DNA of 64,000 nucleotides from Bacteroidota bacterium (GCA_016722565.1 JADKIU010000007.1:303679-367678); one strand, 5' to 3'; positions 8,996 through 19,764 are shown, counted from the first letter of the stretch. The notes: generated by a model not told the origin, from the letters alone. Numbers and translations: made by a program.

Positions 8996-11731
8996 GTGAT
9001 GAAAAAACATTTACTCTCCATACTTCTTCTTTTGATTGGTTTTTCCAATGCATTTGCGACACATAATCGTGCTGGAGAAATCACTTATAAATACATTGGT
9101 ACTACTGCCAATCCATATAAGTATAAAATCATTGTCACCACCTATACCAAATTTGTAACTAGCTCTACTTCTAATACTGATAAATGCGAATTGATGGTAT
9201 TGTTTGGCGATGGCGACAGTGCTTCTGCACCACGCGTAAATGGACCAGCAGGTGACTGTTCTCCTCTTAAAAATGGTGTGATGATTGGCATCGATACTCG
9301 CCTCAACGTTTATGAAACAGAACATAATTATGCCGGACCTGGTAACTACATTATTAGTATGGAAGACCCAAACAGAAATTCAGGCATTTGTAACATCGTT
9401 AGCTCCGTTGATGTTTCTTTCTTCCTTCGTACCGAATTAGTGATCTCTCCTTTTTTAGTCCAGAACAATTCACCCACTTTGCTCAATCCCCCCATCGACA
9501 ATGCTTGTGTGGGTGTCTGTTTCGAACACAACCCGGGTGCATACGATATTGATGGAGATAGTTTGCATTATAGTTTAAGTGTTTGCTACGCAAATGGATT
9601 ACCACTTGCTTTGTGGAGTTATCCACCCAACATGAACGCCAGCAGCATCAATCCGTTAACAGGTGATTTGGTTTGGTGTGTACCCACCATGATTTGCGAA
9701 TACAACGTAGCAATTGTCATCAAGGAATACCGCTTGTTACCGGGTACCTCAACGCGTTATTATATTGGTTCCGTTTTACGTGATATGCAAATTGATGTAA
9801 AACCTTGTATCAACGATGCTCCGATATTTACTCCTGTAAACGATACCTGCGTGATTGCTGGGAGCAATTTAAATTTCAATGTTTTTGCAACAGATCCACA
9901 AGCCAACCTGCTTACAATTACAGCAACCGGTGGTCCACTTTTATCAACCGAAACACCACCTGCAAGTTTTACTTCATTCCCAGGAATTGGAGCTGCAAGT
10001 GGAACCTTCAACTGGAACCCAAGCTGTACACAACTTCAATTATTACCTTACCTCATTACATTTAAAGCAACGGATGGTGATTTGTCTACCCCTTTGGTGA
10101 ATTTTGAATCCATGTTTATTCGAGTGATTGCACCTGCTCCAACTGGCTTAACAGCAGTTCCAAGCGGATCAAGCATTCTCCTCAACTGGAATTATCCGTT
10201 CTGCGATAGCACTGGAAGCAATCCGCTTAAAAAGTTTTATATCTATCGAAAAAACACTTGTGACCCTTGGACACCCGGACCATGTGAAACAGGAGTGCCC
10301 AGCTATACCGGCTACACACTTATTGGTACTACCAATTATACCATCACCAACTTTATTGATAATAATGGTGGTGCAGGCTTAATCAATGGCGTAGATTATT
10401 CCTATATCGTTGTTGCTTATTATGTTGATGGCTCGCAAAGTATTGCATCGGATCACGTATGTGCCCAATTGGTAAGGGATGTTCCGATTATGACCAATGT
10501 GAGTGTGATGACAACCAACACCAGCACAGGAACCATTTGGACACACTGGGTAAAGCCGATAGGTAATTCAGCCAATCTGGATACCATTATCAATCCGCCA
10601 CCTTACGAATACCGCTTAATGAAAGCAACCGGCTTTAATCCTCCGGCTACAGCATATACATTGGAAACAACTTATACATTTGGTTCTTATACGGCCATGA
10701 CCGATACCGGATTTGTTAGCAACGGATTAAATACGGAAGGCACACCATATACCTTTAAAGTAGATTTCTATTCAAACGGAATTTATAAAGGCTCTACACA
10801 AACAGCATCATCGGTATTTTTAAGCTCTACGCCTGCCGACAAACAAGTAAATTTAACTTGGCAACATTTTGTTCCTTGGAACAATTATGAATATTTTATT
10901 TACAGAGAAACCAGTCCGGGCTCTACCGTATTCAATTTAATTGACAGCACCACCGCATTAACATACGCGGATACCGGCTTGGTGAACGAAGTTGAATATT
11001 GTTACAGAATATTAGCCGTTGGTGAATATTCCGATACATTACTTCCTAAACCATTGCGTAACTATTCACAAATTAATTGTGAAACCCCGGTTGATATTGT
11101 TCCACCATGCGCACCACCATTTGATGTGGTAACGGATTGTGAAGCAACACAAAATACCATTACATGGGTAAACCCAAATACATTCTGTAGTGATCAGGAT
11201 GCGGTGCAAATCAATATTTATTTTTCACCGAATGTAACCGACCCAATGCAATTGGTGTATAGCACAACGGATATGAGCTTAACAAGCTATACACTTCCGG
11301 TGTATTATTTCGAAGGTGTTGTATCCATAGCAGGCTGCTATGCTGTAACAGCAGTTGATTCGGCATTAACCCCTAACGAGAGCGTAATTGTAAATAGAAT
11401 TTGTGTTGACAATTGTCCGGAATACGAATTACCAAACGTATTCACTCCAAACGATGATGGTAAAAATGATTTCTTTACACCACTTCCAGACTGGCGTTTT
11501 GTAAAAGATGTCGACATCAAAATTTTTGATCGTTGGGGATTGGAAATGTTCTCAACCGATGATCCAAATGTATTATGGGATGGTAAAAATAAGGACACAA
11601 AACAATTCTGTTCTGATGGCACCTATTTTTATGTATGTACCGTAAACGAAATTCGTATTGACGGCATCAAACCTCGTGTATTAAAAGGGTTTGTTCAAAT
11701 CATCAAAGAAGGATCAAATCCTGCACAATAA
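8996..11731 (+). CDS. large surface adhesin-like protein with a type-B T9SS CTD (gliding-motility-associated C-terminal domain)
   Basis: 911 aa. N-terminus ATHNRAGEITYKYIG. C-terminus PNVFTPNDDGKNDFF...WDGKNKDT...GTYFYVCTV, which matches the TIGR04131 / CHU_C pattern. Confidence 0.75.
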   Translation: MMKKHLLSILLLLIGFSNAFATHNRAGEITYKYIGTTANPYKYKIIVTTYTKFVTSSTSNTDKCELMVLFGDGDSASAPRVNGPAGDCSPLKNGVMIGIDTRLNVYETEHNYAGPGNYIISMEDPNRNSGICNIVSSVDVSFFLRTELVISPFLVQNNSPTLLNPPIDNACVGVCFEHNPGAYDIDGDSLHYSLSVCYANGLPLALWSYPPNMNASSINPLTGDLVWCVPTMICEYNVAIVIKEYRLLPGTSTRYYIGSVLRDMQIDVKPCINDAPIFTPVNDTCVIAGSNLNFNVFATDPQANLLTITATGGPLLSTETPPASFTSFPGIGAASGTFNWNPSCTQLQLLPYLITFKATDGDLSTPLVNFESMFIRVIAPAPTGLTAVPSGSSILLNWNYPFCDSTGSNPLKKFYIYRKNTCDPWTPGPCETGVPSYTGYTLIGTTNYTITNFIDNNGGAGLINGVDYSYIVVAYYVDGSQSIASDHVCAQLVRDVPIMTNVSVMTTNTSTGTIWTHWVKPIGNSANLDTIINPPPYEYRLMKATGFNPPATAYTLETTYTFGSYTAMTDTGFVSNGLNTEGTPYTFKVDFYSNGIYKGSTQTASSVFLSSTPADKQVNLTWQHFVPWNNYEYFIYRETSPGSTVFNLIDSTTALTYADTGLVNEVEYCYRILAVGEYSDTLLPKPLRNYSQINCETPVDIVPPCAPPFDVVTDCEATQNTITWVNPNTFCSDQDAVQINIYFSPNVTDPMQLVYSTTDMSLTSYTLPVYYFEGVVSIAGCYAVTAVDSALTPNESVIVNRICVDNCPEYELPNVFTPNDDGKNDFFTPLPDWRFVKDVDIKIFDRWGLEMFSTDDPNVLWDGKNKDTKQFCSDGTYFYVCTVNEIRIDGIKPRVLKGFVQIIKEGSNPAQ

Positions 11732-11732
11732 T

Positions 11733-12320
11733 ATGTTTTCCGGAATTATAGAAGTACTTGGGGAAGTTGTTGGCATTCAAAAAGAGCAAAGCAATTTACA
11801 CCTTACCGTAAAATCACTGTTCACACACGAACTCAAGATTGATCAAAGTGTTGCACACAATGGCGTTTGTTTGACCGTTGTTGGCATCCAAAACGACACC
11901 TACACCGTTACTGCAATTGACGAAACCATCAAAAAAACAAACATCGGTTTACTCAACAAAGGAGATGTAATCAACTTGGAACGTTGTTTAAAAGTAGGCG
12001 ACCGACTGGATGGACATATCGTTCAAGGACACGTAGATCAACGTGCCGTTTGCACCAAAATGGAAGAAACTGATGGTAGCTGGACGTTCACATTTGAATA
12101 CGATGCCACAAAAGGCAATGTAACCGTTGAAAAAGGATCTGTTTGTGTGAATGGTGTGAGTTTGACTGTGGTTAATTCAAAAGACAATTCCTTTTCCGTT
12201 TGTATCATTCCATATACGTTTGAACATACCAATTTCAAAACAATCACCCCCGGTGCCATTGTCAACATTGAGTTTGACATTGTAGGAAAGTACATCGCCA
12301 AAATGTTACCGAAAGCTTAA
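11733..12320 (+). CDS. ribE: riboflavin synthase alpha subunit
   Basis: Starts MFSGIIEVLGEV. It has the duplicated lumazine-binding halves (GVCLTVVGI / GVSLTVVNS). The ATG at 11733 lies 1 nt after the TAA of the upstream gene. Confidence 0.85.
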   Translation: MFSGIIEVLGEVVGIQKEQSNLHLTVKSLFTHELKIDQSVAHNGVCLTVVGIQNDTYTVTAIDETIKKTNIGLLNKGDVINLERCLKVGDRLDGHIVQGHVDQRAVCTKMEETDGSWTFTFEYDATKGNVTVEKGSVCVNGVSLTVVNSKDNSFSVCIIPYTFEHTNFKTITPGAIVNIEFDIVGKYIAKMLPKA

Positions 12321-12434
12321 TCGGTTTTATCCAACTGTTTTTTTTTCAAAAAATTAAACGAATCGCTTTGCCATTCGTCAAATTGTCTTAAATTAGCTAT
12401 CAATTAAAATTCAAAACATTTTAAAACATCCCAA

Positions 12435-14099
12435 ATGAAAAAAACTACTCTTATTAAGTTATTATTTATCGGCTTTGTTCTGCAAGTCTCTTTGGCTTCA
12501 GCTCAAGCAACCTACACCGATATCTACAATATTTTTCAAGCAAATTGCACCACATGTCACGATGCAAGTAGCCCTGCTGGTGGATTAAATTTAATTGCTC
12601 CTTCGGCTACGGTATACACCAGTTTAGTGAATGTGAACCCAAGTAATCCTGCTGCATTGGCAAGAGGCGACAAACGCATCAAACCGGGTGATCCACACAG
12701 AAGCTTTTTGTTACGTAAATGTCAAAATGGTTTGGATCCTGACAATGGATTGGTTTCTGCGGCAGAAGGAAATGTAATGCCGGATGGCGTAGGTGCTACT
12801 CCATTAACAAACAAAGAAATTGAATTAATCCGTCAGTGGATTTATGCCGGTGCTCCTCAAACAGGAGTTGTGGTAGATACTGCGGTTGTGAATCAATATT
12901 ATAACGGGTACGGAATTACAAGCGTTGCTCCTGCACATCCATTGCCAACTGCTCCTGGGTCTTTCCAAGTACACGTTGGGAAAATCTTTTTAGGTGAAAG
13001 TTCTGAAGTAGAATATTTCTTAAAACACAATTTGAATTTACCGGACACATTGGAAGTAAATCGCATTGAATTGTTTTTGTCAACACAATCACATCACTTC
13101 ATCATCCATAAATTTTTACCGGGTGCTGCAGCAAGCTTTACCGATGCATTGCGTATTCAAAATCCATCAACCGGTGCTGGCTCTTCCGATGGCTACAACA
13201 CCATGGTGAGTGCATTCCAAGCATCTCGCAACGATGTATTGCCAATAACAACTGCTTATCAATGGGAAACAAGTACTGTATTGGATTTGAATCACCACTT
13301 CTTTAATTCAAACCCCGATTCAGTTTTAGCTACCGATGTGTATTTTAATGTCTACACACAACCAAAAGGAACAGCTGCTAAAATTATGTACAGCGATATT
13401 ATTACCAACACCAGTATTTTTATTCCGAACAACAGTACCGATGTAACCTTTACAAGAGCAGATTACAATGCAAGTGCTTCAAACATGTGGAACATTTGGT
13501 TGCTTTCGTCACATACACATAAATACGGAGTGGACTTCGATATCTTTTTAAGAAATCCAGGCGGAAGTACCGGCACGCAAGTGTATGAAGGATATTACAA
13601 CAACGACTACACCTTCAATCAAGGTTACTACGATTGGGAACATCCTCCTGTTCGATTATTCGATCCATTGCTGGATGTAAATCCAAGAGATGGCTTGATT
13701 CAACAAGCGAAATTTAACAATGGTGGTCCTGCTTCTGTATTCTTTGGATTAACAACCAACGATGAAATGATGTTGTACTTTGTACAATACACATTAGGAA
13801 CTTCCATTGTAGGAATCAATGAAAATTCCGCGATTGAAAACAAAATCAATTTAAATGCATATCCGAATCCATTCAGCGCAAACACACAAATCTCTTACGA
13901 TTTAAAAGAGAATGCAACTGTGAATGTAGCCGTTTATGATGTATTGGGTAACAAAGTAGAAACACTTGTCAACGAAAATCAAAACAGTGGCAATCATGTA
14001 ATTGATTATGCTGCAAAAAACAAAGCAAAAGGAATTTATCTTGTTGCCGTTACCATTGACGGGCAAGTGTATACCAAACGAATTGTTTTAACTAACTAA
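12435..14099 (+). CDS. T9SS cargo protein with an N-terminal PSCyt1-like (Planctomycete cytochrome C-type) CXXCH module
   Basis: Signal peptide, then NCTTCHDASSPAGGLNL...MPDG...LTNKEIELIRQWIYAGAP, which fits the PSCyt1 (PF07635) pattern. The C-terminus is a type-A CTD (YPNPFSANTQISYDL...GIYLVAVTIDGQVYTKRIVL). Confidence 0.65.
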   Translation: MKKTTLIKLLFIGFVLQVSLASAQATYTDIYNIFQANCTTCHDASSPAGGLNLIAPSATVYTSLVNVNPSNPAALARGDKRIKPGDPHRSFLLRKCQNGLDPDNGLVSAAEGNVMPDGVGATPLTNKEIELIRQWIYAGAPQTGVVVDTAVVNQYYNGYGITSVAPAHPLPTAPGSFQVHVGKIFLGESSEVEYFLKHNLNLPDTLEVNRIELFLSTQSHHFIIHKFLPGAAASFTDALRIQNPSTGAGSSDGYNTMVSAFQASRNDVLPITTAYQWETSTVLDLNHHFFNSNPDSVLATDVYFNVYTQPKGTAAKIMYSDIITNTSIFIPNNSTDVTFTRADYNASASNMWNIWLLSSHTHKYGVDFDIFLRNPGGSTGTQVYEGYYNNDYTFNQGYYDWEHPPVRLFDPLLDVNPRDGLIQQAKFNNGGPASVFFGLTTNDEMMLYFVQYTLGTSIVGINENSAIENKINLNAYPNPFSANTQISYDLKENATVNVAVYDVLGNKVETLVNENQNSGNHVIDYAAKNKAKGIYLVAVTIDGQVYTKRIVLTN

Positions 14100-14120
14100 T
14101 ATCATTCGAATTCATTCATA

Positions 14121-14163
14121 AAAAAATCCCGCTTCGTAAAATTACGAAGCGGGATTTTTTTTA
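14121..14163. terminator. bidirectional Rho-independent terminator between convergent genes
   Basis: Perfect hairpin ATCCCGCTTCGTA-aaat-TACGAAGCGGGAT with an A-run on one side and a T-run on the other. Confidence 0.8.
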
Positions 14164-14172
14164 ATTTATTTT

Positions 14173-15126
14173 TTAAAAAACCTTACTCGCTACTCTTCGT
14201 GTTACTTCCGAAGTTCCCATTGTATAATAGTGTAAACAAGGTGCTCCTGCTTTAATCAATTCTTTTGATTGTTGAATGCACCACTCTATACCTACTTCTT
14301 TAACTTCCGCATCCGTTTTACATTTTTCAATCTCTTCCAACAAGGCTTGCGGCACATCAATCTTAAAAATTTTAGGAAGCACCGTTGCTTGTTTTTTTGT
14401 TGTAATAATTTTTAATCCCGGAATAATCGGAACATTAATATTCTGCTCCTTGCATTTTTTCAAGTATTCAAAATATTGTGAATTATCAAAAAACATTTGA
14501 GTGACAATATACTCCGAACCAGCATCAATCTTTGCTTTCAGATGTTTCATGTCTGAAATCATATTAGGTGCTTCAAAATGTTTTTCGGGATAACCGGCAA
14601 CACCAATACAAAAATTGGTGGGTGCAACATCGGCCAAATCTTCATCAATGTATTTGCCTTTGTTCATGTTCCCGATTTGTTTTACCAAATCAATGGCATA
14701 GGTATGTCCACCCGGCTCCGGAACAAACTCTGGTTCACTTTTAATCGAATCGCCTCGTAAAGCCAATACATTATCAATCCCTAAAAAGTGCAAATCAATC
14801 AATGCATTTTCTGTTTCTTCTTTACTAAAACCACCACAAATAATATGAGGAACAGCATCCACATGATATTTATTCATAATGGCTGCACAAATCCCAACCG
14901 TCCCCGGACGCTTACGAATGCTTACTTTTTCCAAGTAACCACCTTCGCGTTTTTTGTACAAATACTCTTCGCGGTGGTAGGTCACATCTACAAACGAAGG
15001 TTTAAATTCCATCAACGGATCAATTCCGTCAAAAATAGATTGAATGCTTTTTCCTTTTAATGGTGGAAGAATTTCGATGGAGAACAAGGTCGATTGAGCT
15101 TGTTTGATGTGATCAGTTACTTTCAT
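14173..15126 (-). CDS. metF: 5,10-methylenetetrahydrofolate reductase
   Basis: 317 aa. Contains FSIEILPP and has the MetF TIM-barrel layout. Confidence 0.85.
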   Translation of the reverse strand: MKVTDHIKQAQSTLFSIEILPPLKGKSIQSIFDGIDPLMEFKPSFVDVTYHREEYLYKKREGGYLEKVSIRKRPGTVGICAAIMNKYHVDAVPHIICGGFSKEETENALIDLHFLGIDNVLALRGDSIKSEPEFVPEPGGHTYAIDLVKQIGNMNKGKYIDEDLADVAPTNFCIGVAGYPEKHFEAPNMISDMKHLKAKIDAGSEYIVTQMFFDNSQYFEYLKKCKEQNINVPIIPGLKIITTKKQATVLPKIFKIDVPQALLEEIEKCKTDAEVKEVGIEWCIQQSKELIKAGAPCLHYYTMGTSEVTRRVASKVF

Positions 15127-15427
15127 AAAGGTGTAATTGCAGATCTATCTGCCGACAAGTTAAATTATAATTCGGGTGCAAAGTAACGGCTTGGAGGGTT
15201 AAAAACCAAATTAATATGTGATTACAAAAGTGGAATGTGTACCATTCCCAGCTATAAAGGAATGAAGGGGGATTTTTCCATATTATTCGGCAGAATTTTA
15301 GTAAATTCGCACTCCTTAAGAAGAAAGTACAGATAACCAATTTAGTATTAACAGATTCCGCAATTGCTGCGGGATTAATTCGACTTAATGATTTCAATTC
15401 GCTTACAGCTTTTGAAATCATAGTCTC

Positions 15428-17224
15428 ATGAAAATGGAGAACATTAGAAATTTTTGCATCATTGCCCACATCGATCACGGAAAGAGTACCCTTGCCGACC
15501 GTTTGCTTGAATATACCAATACCATCAGCAAACGCGACATGCAAGCGCAAGTGCTCGATGATATGGATTTGGAAAAAGAACGCGGAATCACCATTAAGAG
15601 TCATGCCATTCAAATGGACTATGAACTAAATGGTAAAAAATATATTTTCAATTTAATTGATACTCCCGGACACGTAGATTTCTCTTACGAAGTTTCCCGC
15701 TCCATTGCTGCTTGCGAAGGCGCCTTGTTAATTGTAGATGCCGCTCAAGGAATTCAAGCACAAACCATCTCTAACTTATACTTAGCGCTTGAAAATGATT
15801 TAGAGATTATTCCTATCCTAAACAAAATCGATTTACCGAGTGCTGAGCCCGAAATGGTAAAAGATCAAATTGTGGATTTATTGGGTTGTAAACGCGAAGA
15901 AATTATGGCGGCATCCGGAAAAACTGGAACCGGTGTTCACGAAATATTAGCAGCTATTGTTGACCGTATCCCTGCTCCAAAAGGTGACCCCAGCGCTCCC
16001 CTGCAAGCATTAATTTTCGATTCAGTATTTAACTCCTTCAGAGGGATTATCGCTTATTTTAAAATTGTAAATGGTACTCTTAAAAAAGGAGAACGTGTAA
16101 AATTTGTGAATACAGGTGCCGAATACAATGCCGATGAAATTGGTGTTCTCAAATTAAAACAAGAACCCCGAAACCAAGTAAATACAGGTGATGTAGGGTA
16201 TATCATTTCCGGAATTAAAGATGCACGTGAAGTAAAAGTAGGTGATACCATCACCACCACCAACAACCCTTGCGAAGCAGGCATACAAGGTTTTGAAGAT
16301 GTAAAACCAATGGTGTTTGCGGGTATTTATCCGGTGGATACCGAAGACTTTGAAGAATTACGTTACTCCATGGAGAAATTGCAATTGAACGATGCCTCCT
16401 TAACATGGGAGCCGGAATCTTCTGCTGCTTTGGGGTTCGGTTTCCGTTGCGGATTCCTCGGCATGTTGCATATGGAAATTATTCAAGAACGCTTGGAACG
16501 TGAGTTTAACATGACCGTTATCACAACGGTTCCCAACGTTTCCTACCATGCATATACTGCTAAAGGCGATAAATTATTAGTAAACAATCCTTCCGATTTA
16601 CCGGATCCTAGTAAACTGGACCGCGTGGAAGAACCGTATATCAAAGCTCAAGTAATTACCAAAGCCGAATTTGTTGGCCCCATCATGAGCTTGTGTATCA
16701 ACAAACGTGGTATCATTGTAAATCAAAATTATTTGACCACCGACCGCGTTGAATTAATTTTTGAAATGCCGTTGGGTGAAATTGTATTCGATTTTTACGA
16801 CCGCCTAAAAACCATTTCAAAAGGATATGCCTCCTTCGATTATTCTCCGTTAGATTACCGCTCATCCGACTTGGTAAAAATGGATATTCTTTTAAATGCT
16901 GAACCGGTTGATGCGTTGTCATCGTTGATTCACCGCGACAATGCCTACGACTTCGGTAAAAAAATGTGTGAGAAATTAAAAGAATTAATCCCACGTCAGC
17001 AATTCGAAATTCCTATTCAAGCCGCTATCGGAGCAAAAATTATTGCCCGCGAAACCATCAAAGCCATGCGTAAAGATGTGACCGCTAAATGTTATGGTGG
17101 TGATATTTCACGTAAACGTAAATTGTTGGAAAAACAAAAAGAAGGAAAGAAACGGATGCGTTCGGTTGGTAGTGTAGAGATTCCACAAAGTGCATTTATG
17201 GCTGTGTTGAAGTTGAACGATTAA
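15428..17224 (+). CDS. lepA: elongation factor 4 (translational GTPase LepA)
   Basis: Contains [21 protein letters not shown]. 598 aa, with the characteristic LepA C-terminal domain. Confidence 0.95.
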   Translation: MKMENIRNFCIIAHIDHGKSTLADRLLEYTNTISKRDMQAQVLDDMDLEKERGITIKSHAIQMDYELNGKKYIFNLIDTPGHVDFSYEVSRSIAACEGALLIVDAAQGIQAQTISNLYLALENDLEIIPILNKIDLPSAEPEMVKDQIVDLLGCKREEIMAASGKTGTGVHEILAAIVDRIPAPKGDPSAPLQALIFDSVFNSFRGIIAYFKIVNGTLKKGERVKFVNTGAEYNADEIGVLKLKQEPRNQVNTGDVGYIISGIKDAREVKVGDTITTTNNPCEAGIQGFEDVKPMVFAGIYPVDTEDFEELRYSMEKLQLNDASLTWEPESSAALGFGFRCGFLGMLHMEIIQERLEREFNMTVITTVPNVSYHAYTAKGDKLLVNNPSDLPDPSKLDRVEEPYIKAQVITKAEFVGPIMSLCINKRGIIVNQNYLTTDRVELIFEMPLGEIVFDFYDRLKTISKGYASFDYSPLDYRSSDLVKMDILLNAEPVDALSSLIHRDNAYDFGKKMCEKLKELIPRQQFEIPIQAAIGAKIIARETIKAMRKDVTAKCYGGDISRKRKLLEKQKEGKKRMRSVGSVEIPQSAFMAVLKLND

Positions 17225-17337
17225 TATTTTTTGGAGCAGTTCCAACATTTTTCATAACCAGCTCACACCCGCTTTCCGTTCCAATCTTTTTGTGAAAAAC
17301 AAAAAGGATTTTTACTTCAATCGGGGCTAAAAAGCAT

Positions 17338-18150
17338 TGGGTTGTTTTCCAAAAGTAAACTGATTCGCTGCTATCCCTAAGGCAGATAAGAGCTTCTGTC
17401 ATTTTTCATAGCCCCGATTGCAGAGAAAATCCTCAAGCGATAGCGAAGAGATTGAAACGAAAAGCGGGTGGATGATTAATACGGAGCGAAATAAAAATGC
17501 TCCAAAATATTTTATGTAGTATTAGGGCCTTCCCTTTCAGGGCGGGCTATTCGCTGCAATCTTTTTCGTACCTCAAAAGGATTTACGCTACTATCCCTAA
17601 GGCAGATAAGAGCTCCTGTCATTTTTCACAGCCCCGATTGCAGAGAAAATCCTCAAGCGATAGCGCAGAGATTGAAACGAAAAGCGGGTGAAGGATTAAT
17701 ACGGAGCGAAATAAAAATGCTCCAAAATATTTTATGTATTATTAGGGCCTTCCCTTTCAGGTCGGGCTATTCGCTGCAATCTTTTTCGTACCTCAAAAGG
17801 ATTTTCGCTGCTATCCCTAAGGCGAATCCATCACCTATTAATATTTATAGCCCCGATTGCAGAGAAAATCCTCAAGCGATAGCGCAGAGATTGAAACGAA
17901 AAGCGGGTGGATGATTAATACGGAGCGAAATAAAAATGCTCCAAAATATTTTATGTATTATTAGGGCCTTCCCTTTCAGGTCGGGCTATTCGCTGCAATC
18001 TTTTTCGTACCTCAAAAGGATTTACGCTACTATCCCTAAGGCAGATAAGAGCCTCTGTCATTTTTCATAGCCCCGATTGCAGAGAAAATCCTCAAGCGAT
18101 AGCGCAGAGATTGAAACGAAAAGCGGGTGGATGATTACTCCGGAGAAAAA
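17338..18150. repeat. tandem direct repeat with a roughly 220-bp unit and about 3.7 copies, noncoding
   Basis: The anchor CTATCCCTAA recurs at 17371, 17591, 17811 and 18030. The anchor GCCCCGATTG recurs at 17411, 17631, 17850 and 18070. Copies are more than 95% identical. In copy 3, a segment of about 30 bp at 17823-17848 has been replaced. Confidence 0.9.
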
Positions 18151-18168
18151 TATTAGTGCTTCAAGGAA

Positions 18169-19173
18169 TTAGTGTTTCACAACTTTTCTCACAACAGAAT
18201 TCCCTTTCGAATCATTTATTCGAACAAAATAAATTCCATTCAAAAAATCAGAAATATTTATTTCTGTTTGATTATTTTCTGAATACAACATTCTTCTTCC
18301 AAAAACATCCAATACTTCTATTGAATTAATTTCTAGTTCTGTTTTAATTTGAAATGATCCGGTTGTTGGATTTGGATAAACATTAATATTAATGGATTTA
18401 TAAACCTCATTCAAACCCATGTATAACTGATCGCAATAAATGTTGCTCATGAATGGCGGAGGAGGCCCTCCTGGTGTCACAACCGGAATTCCATTAATGG
18501 AAGCACAATATACATGAAAGCTGTTGACATATTCAAACTCTCCAAAATAACTAAGCGGATTATACAACTGGCCAACTCCTTCAACAAGTGAAGTTACCAC
18601 CATACTCCCTGGGCCACCCGGCTGCATCCAATATTGATCGGTAGTATCAACTAATGCATCTGGAGGCATAAGTCCGTGATAAATACCATTAAAACGAAAG
18701 CGTTTATGGTAAAGACCATCGTGAGGCATCAAAACACTATCAATGGAAGTCACCCATGCAGTATCTAATGTTGCCATCGGAGGCATTTCTGTAACTACCA
18801 ATTGATCATAAAAGCCAAAACCGGAAGTGGCATTCACAGTATCACCAACAGAAAGGTCAAAATCATAAAACACTTTTTCGGTATTGGTAGTAAAAGAATA
18901 GAAATATACTTTCTTATTCAACGTATCATTTCTGATCCCCCCCGTTTTTGAAACAGGCAATACCCCCGAATAAACTATTGCATAATGGTGAGCTCCGATC
19001 AATGTGTCTAAATTAATCTCAGTACGATGAGGAACCCAATAGGAGTCGCCCATCGACAAAGTATAATGGGAATAGCCATAAACAACCATTTTTGATGGAA
19101 ATGGAATATATGATTGCGCTCGAACTCCAATAAAATTAAGCAAGAGAAGGATAATCACTACATTTTTTTTCAT
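18169..19173 (-). CDS. T9SS cargo protein with a type-A CTD, function unknown
   Basis: Signal peptide MKKNVVIILLLLNFIGVRAQ. The C-terminus is VYPNPTTGSFQIKTEL...GIYFVRINDSKGNSVVRKVVK. Confidence 0.7.
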   Translation of the reverse strand: MKKNVVIILLLLNFIGVRAQSYIPFPSKMVVYGYSHYTLSMGDSYWVPHRTEINLDTLIGAHHYAIVYSGVLPVSKTGGIRNDTLNKKVYFYSFTTNTEKVFYDFDLSVGDTVNATSGFGFYDQLVVTEMPPMATLDTAWVTSIDSVLMPHDGLYHKRFRFNGIYHGLMPPDALVDTTDQYWMQPGGPGSMVVTSLVEGVGQLYNPLSYFGEFEYVNSFHVYCASINGIPVVTPGGPPPPFMSNIYCDQLYMGLNEVYKSININVYPNPTTGSFQIKTELEINSIEVLDVFGRRMLYSENNQTEINISDFLNGIYFVRINDSKGNSVVRKVVKH

Positions 19174-19278
19174 GATCTATGGCTTATATTCATACAATTT
19201 ACAAAAAATATCTCAAATCCCTGTAACTTTACCGTTCCTTAGTCGTCTTATACCTGAAAATCGCACAAAAACGCTACA

Positions 19279-19764
19279 ATGACTGTCGAAGAATTCAACA
19301 AAACCGTTGATTTACATGCAGATAACCTCTACCGGTTTATCCTTAAGAATATTAAGGATTCTGAAAAGGCGCGCGACATTGTGCAGGATACATATGAGAA
19401 ATTGTGGTTAAAAGTGTCGGAAGTGGAGAGTACAAACGCAAAATCGTACATGTTTACCACTGCTTATCGTACCATGATTGATAGAATACGAAGAGATAAG
19501 AAACAAGGCGAAATGACGGATGCTAATTTGAATAGTTTAAGCTCAAACCGTCAGTATAGCGATTTAAAAGAAATATTAAATGAGGCATTAACCAAATTAC
19601 CTGAAATACAACGCTCCGTAATTTTATTACGCGATTATGAAGGGTATAATTATGCTGAAATTGGAGAAATAACCAACTTAAGTGAGTCACAAGTAAAAGT
19701 ATATATTTTCAGAGCACGTGGGTTTTTAAAGAACTACATTGGAGCAATGGAAAACGTAATATAA
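19279..19764 (+). CDS. ECF-subfamily RNA polymerase sigma-70 factor
   Basis: 161 aa. Region 2 reads DIVQDTYEKLW. Region 4 reads LRDYEGYNYAEIGEITNLSESQVKVYIFRAR. Confidence 0.8.
   Translation: MTVEEFNKTVDLHADNLYRFILKNIKDSEKARDIVQDTYEKLWLKVSEVESTNAKSYMFTTAYRTMIDRIRRDKKQGEMTDANLNSLSSNRQYSDLKEILNEALTKLPEIQRSVILLRDYEGYNYAEIGEITNLSESQVKVYIFRARGFLKNYIGAMENVI

Noticed and set aside
15127-15427. SAM riboswitch in the metF 5' leader
   Set aside because: The reverse-complemented leader has no SAM-I or SAM-II consensus elements. There is only a short BglII-type palindrome near the start.
15113-15613. Minus-strand ORF of 166 aa overlapping the lepA start
   Set aside because: It overlaps the highly conserved lepA N-terminus on the opposite strand and runs into the metF/lepA divergent promoter. 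It is spurious.
17497-17914. Track ORFs 17497..17691 and 17672..17914 inside the tandem array, which could be a repeated small protein
   Set aside because: The 220-bp unit is not a multiple of 3, so the frame shifts in every copy. The ORF lengths differ between copies (64 aa, 65 aa and about 40 aa) because of substitutions. That is consistent with noncoding DNA.
17338-18150. Could the tandem array be a CRISPR locus?
   Set aside because: The unit is about 220 bp, far longer than CRISPR repeats of 24-50 bp. Copies abut directly with no alternating unique spacers. No cas genes are nearby. It is a plain tandem duplication pattern.
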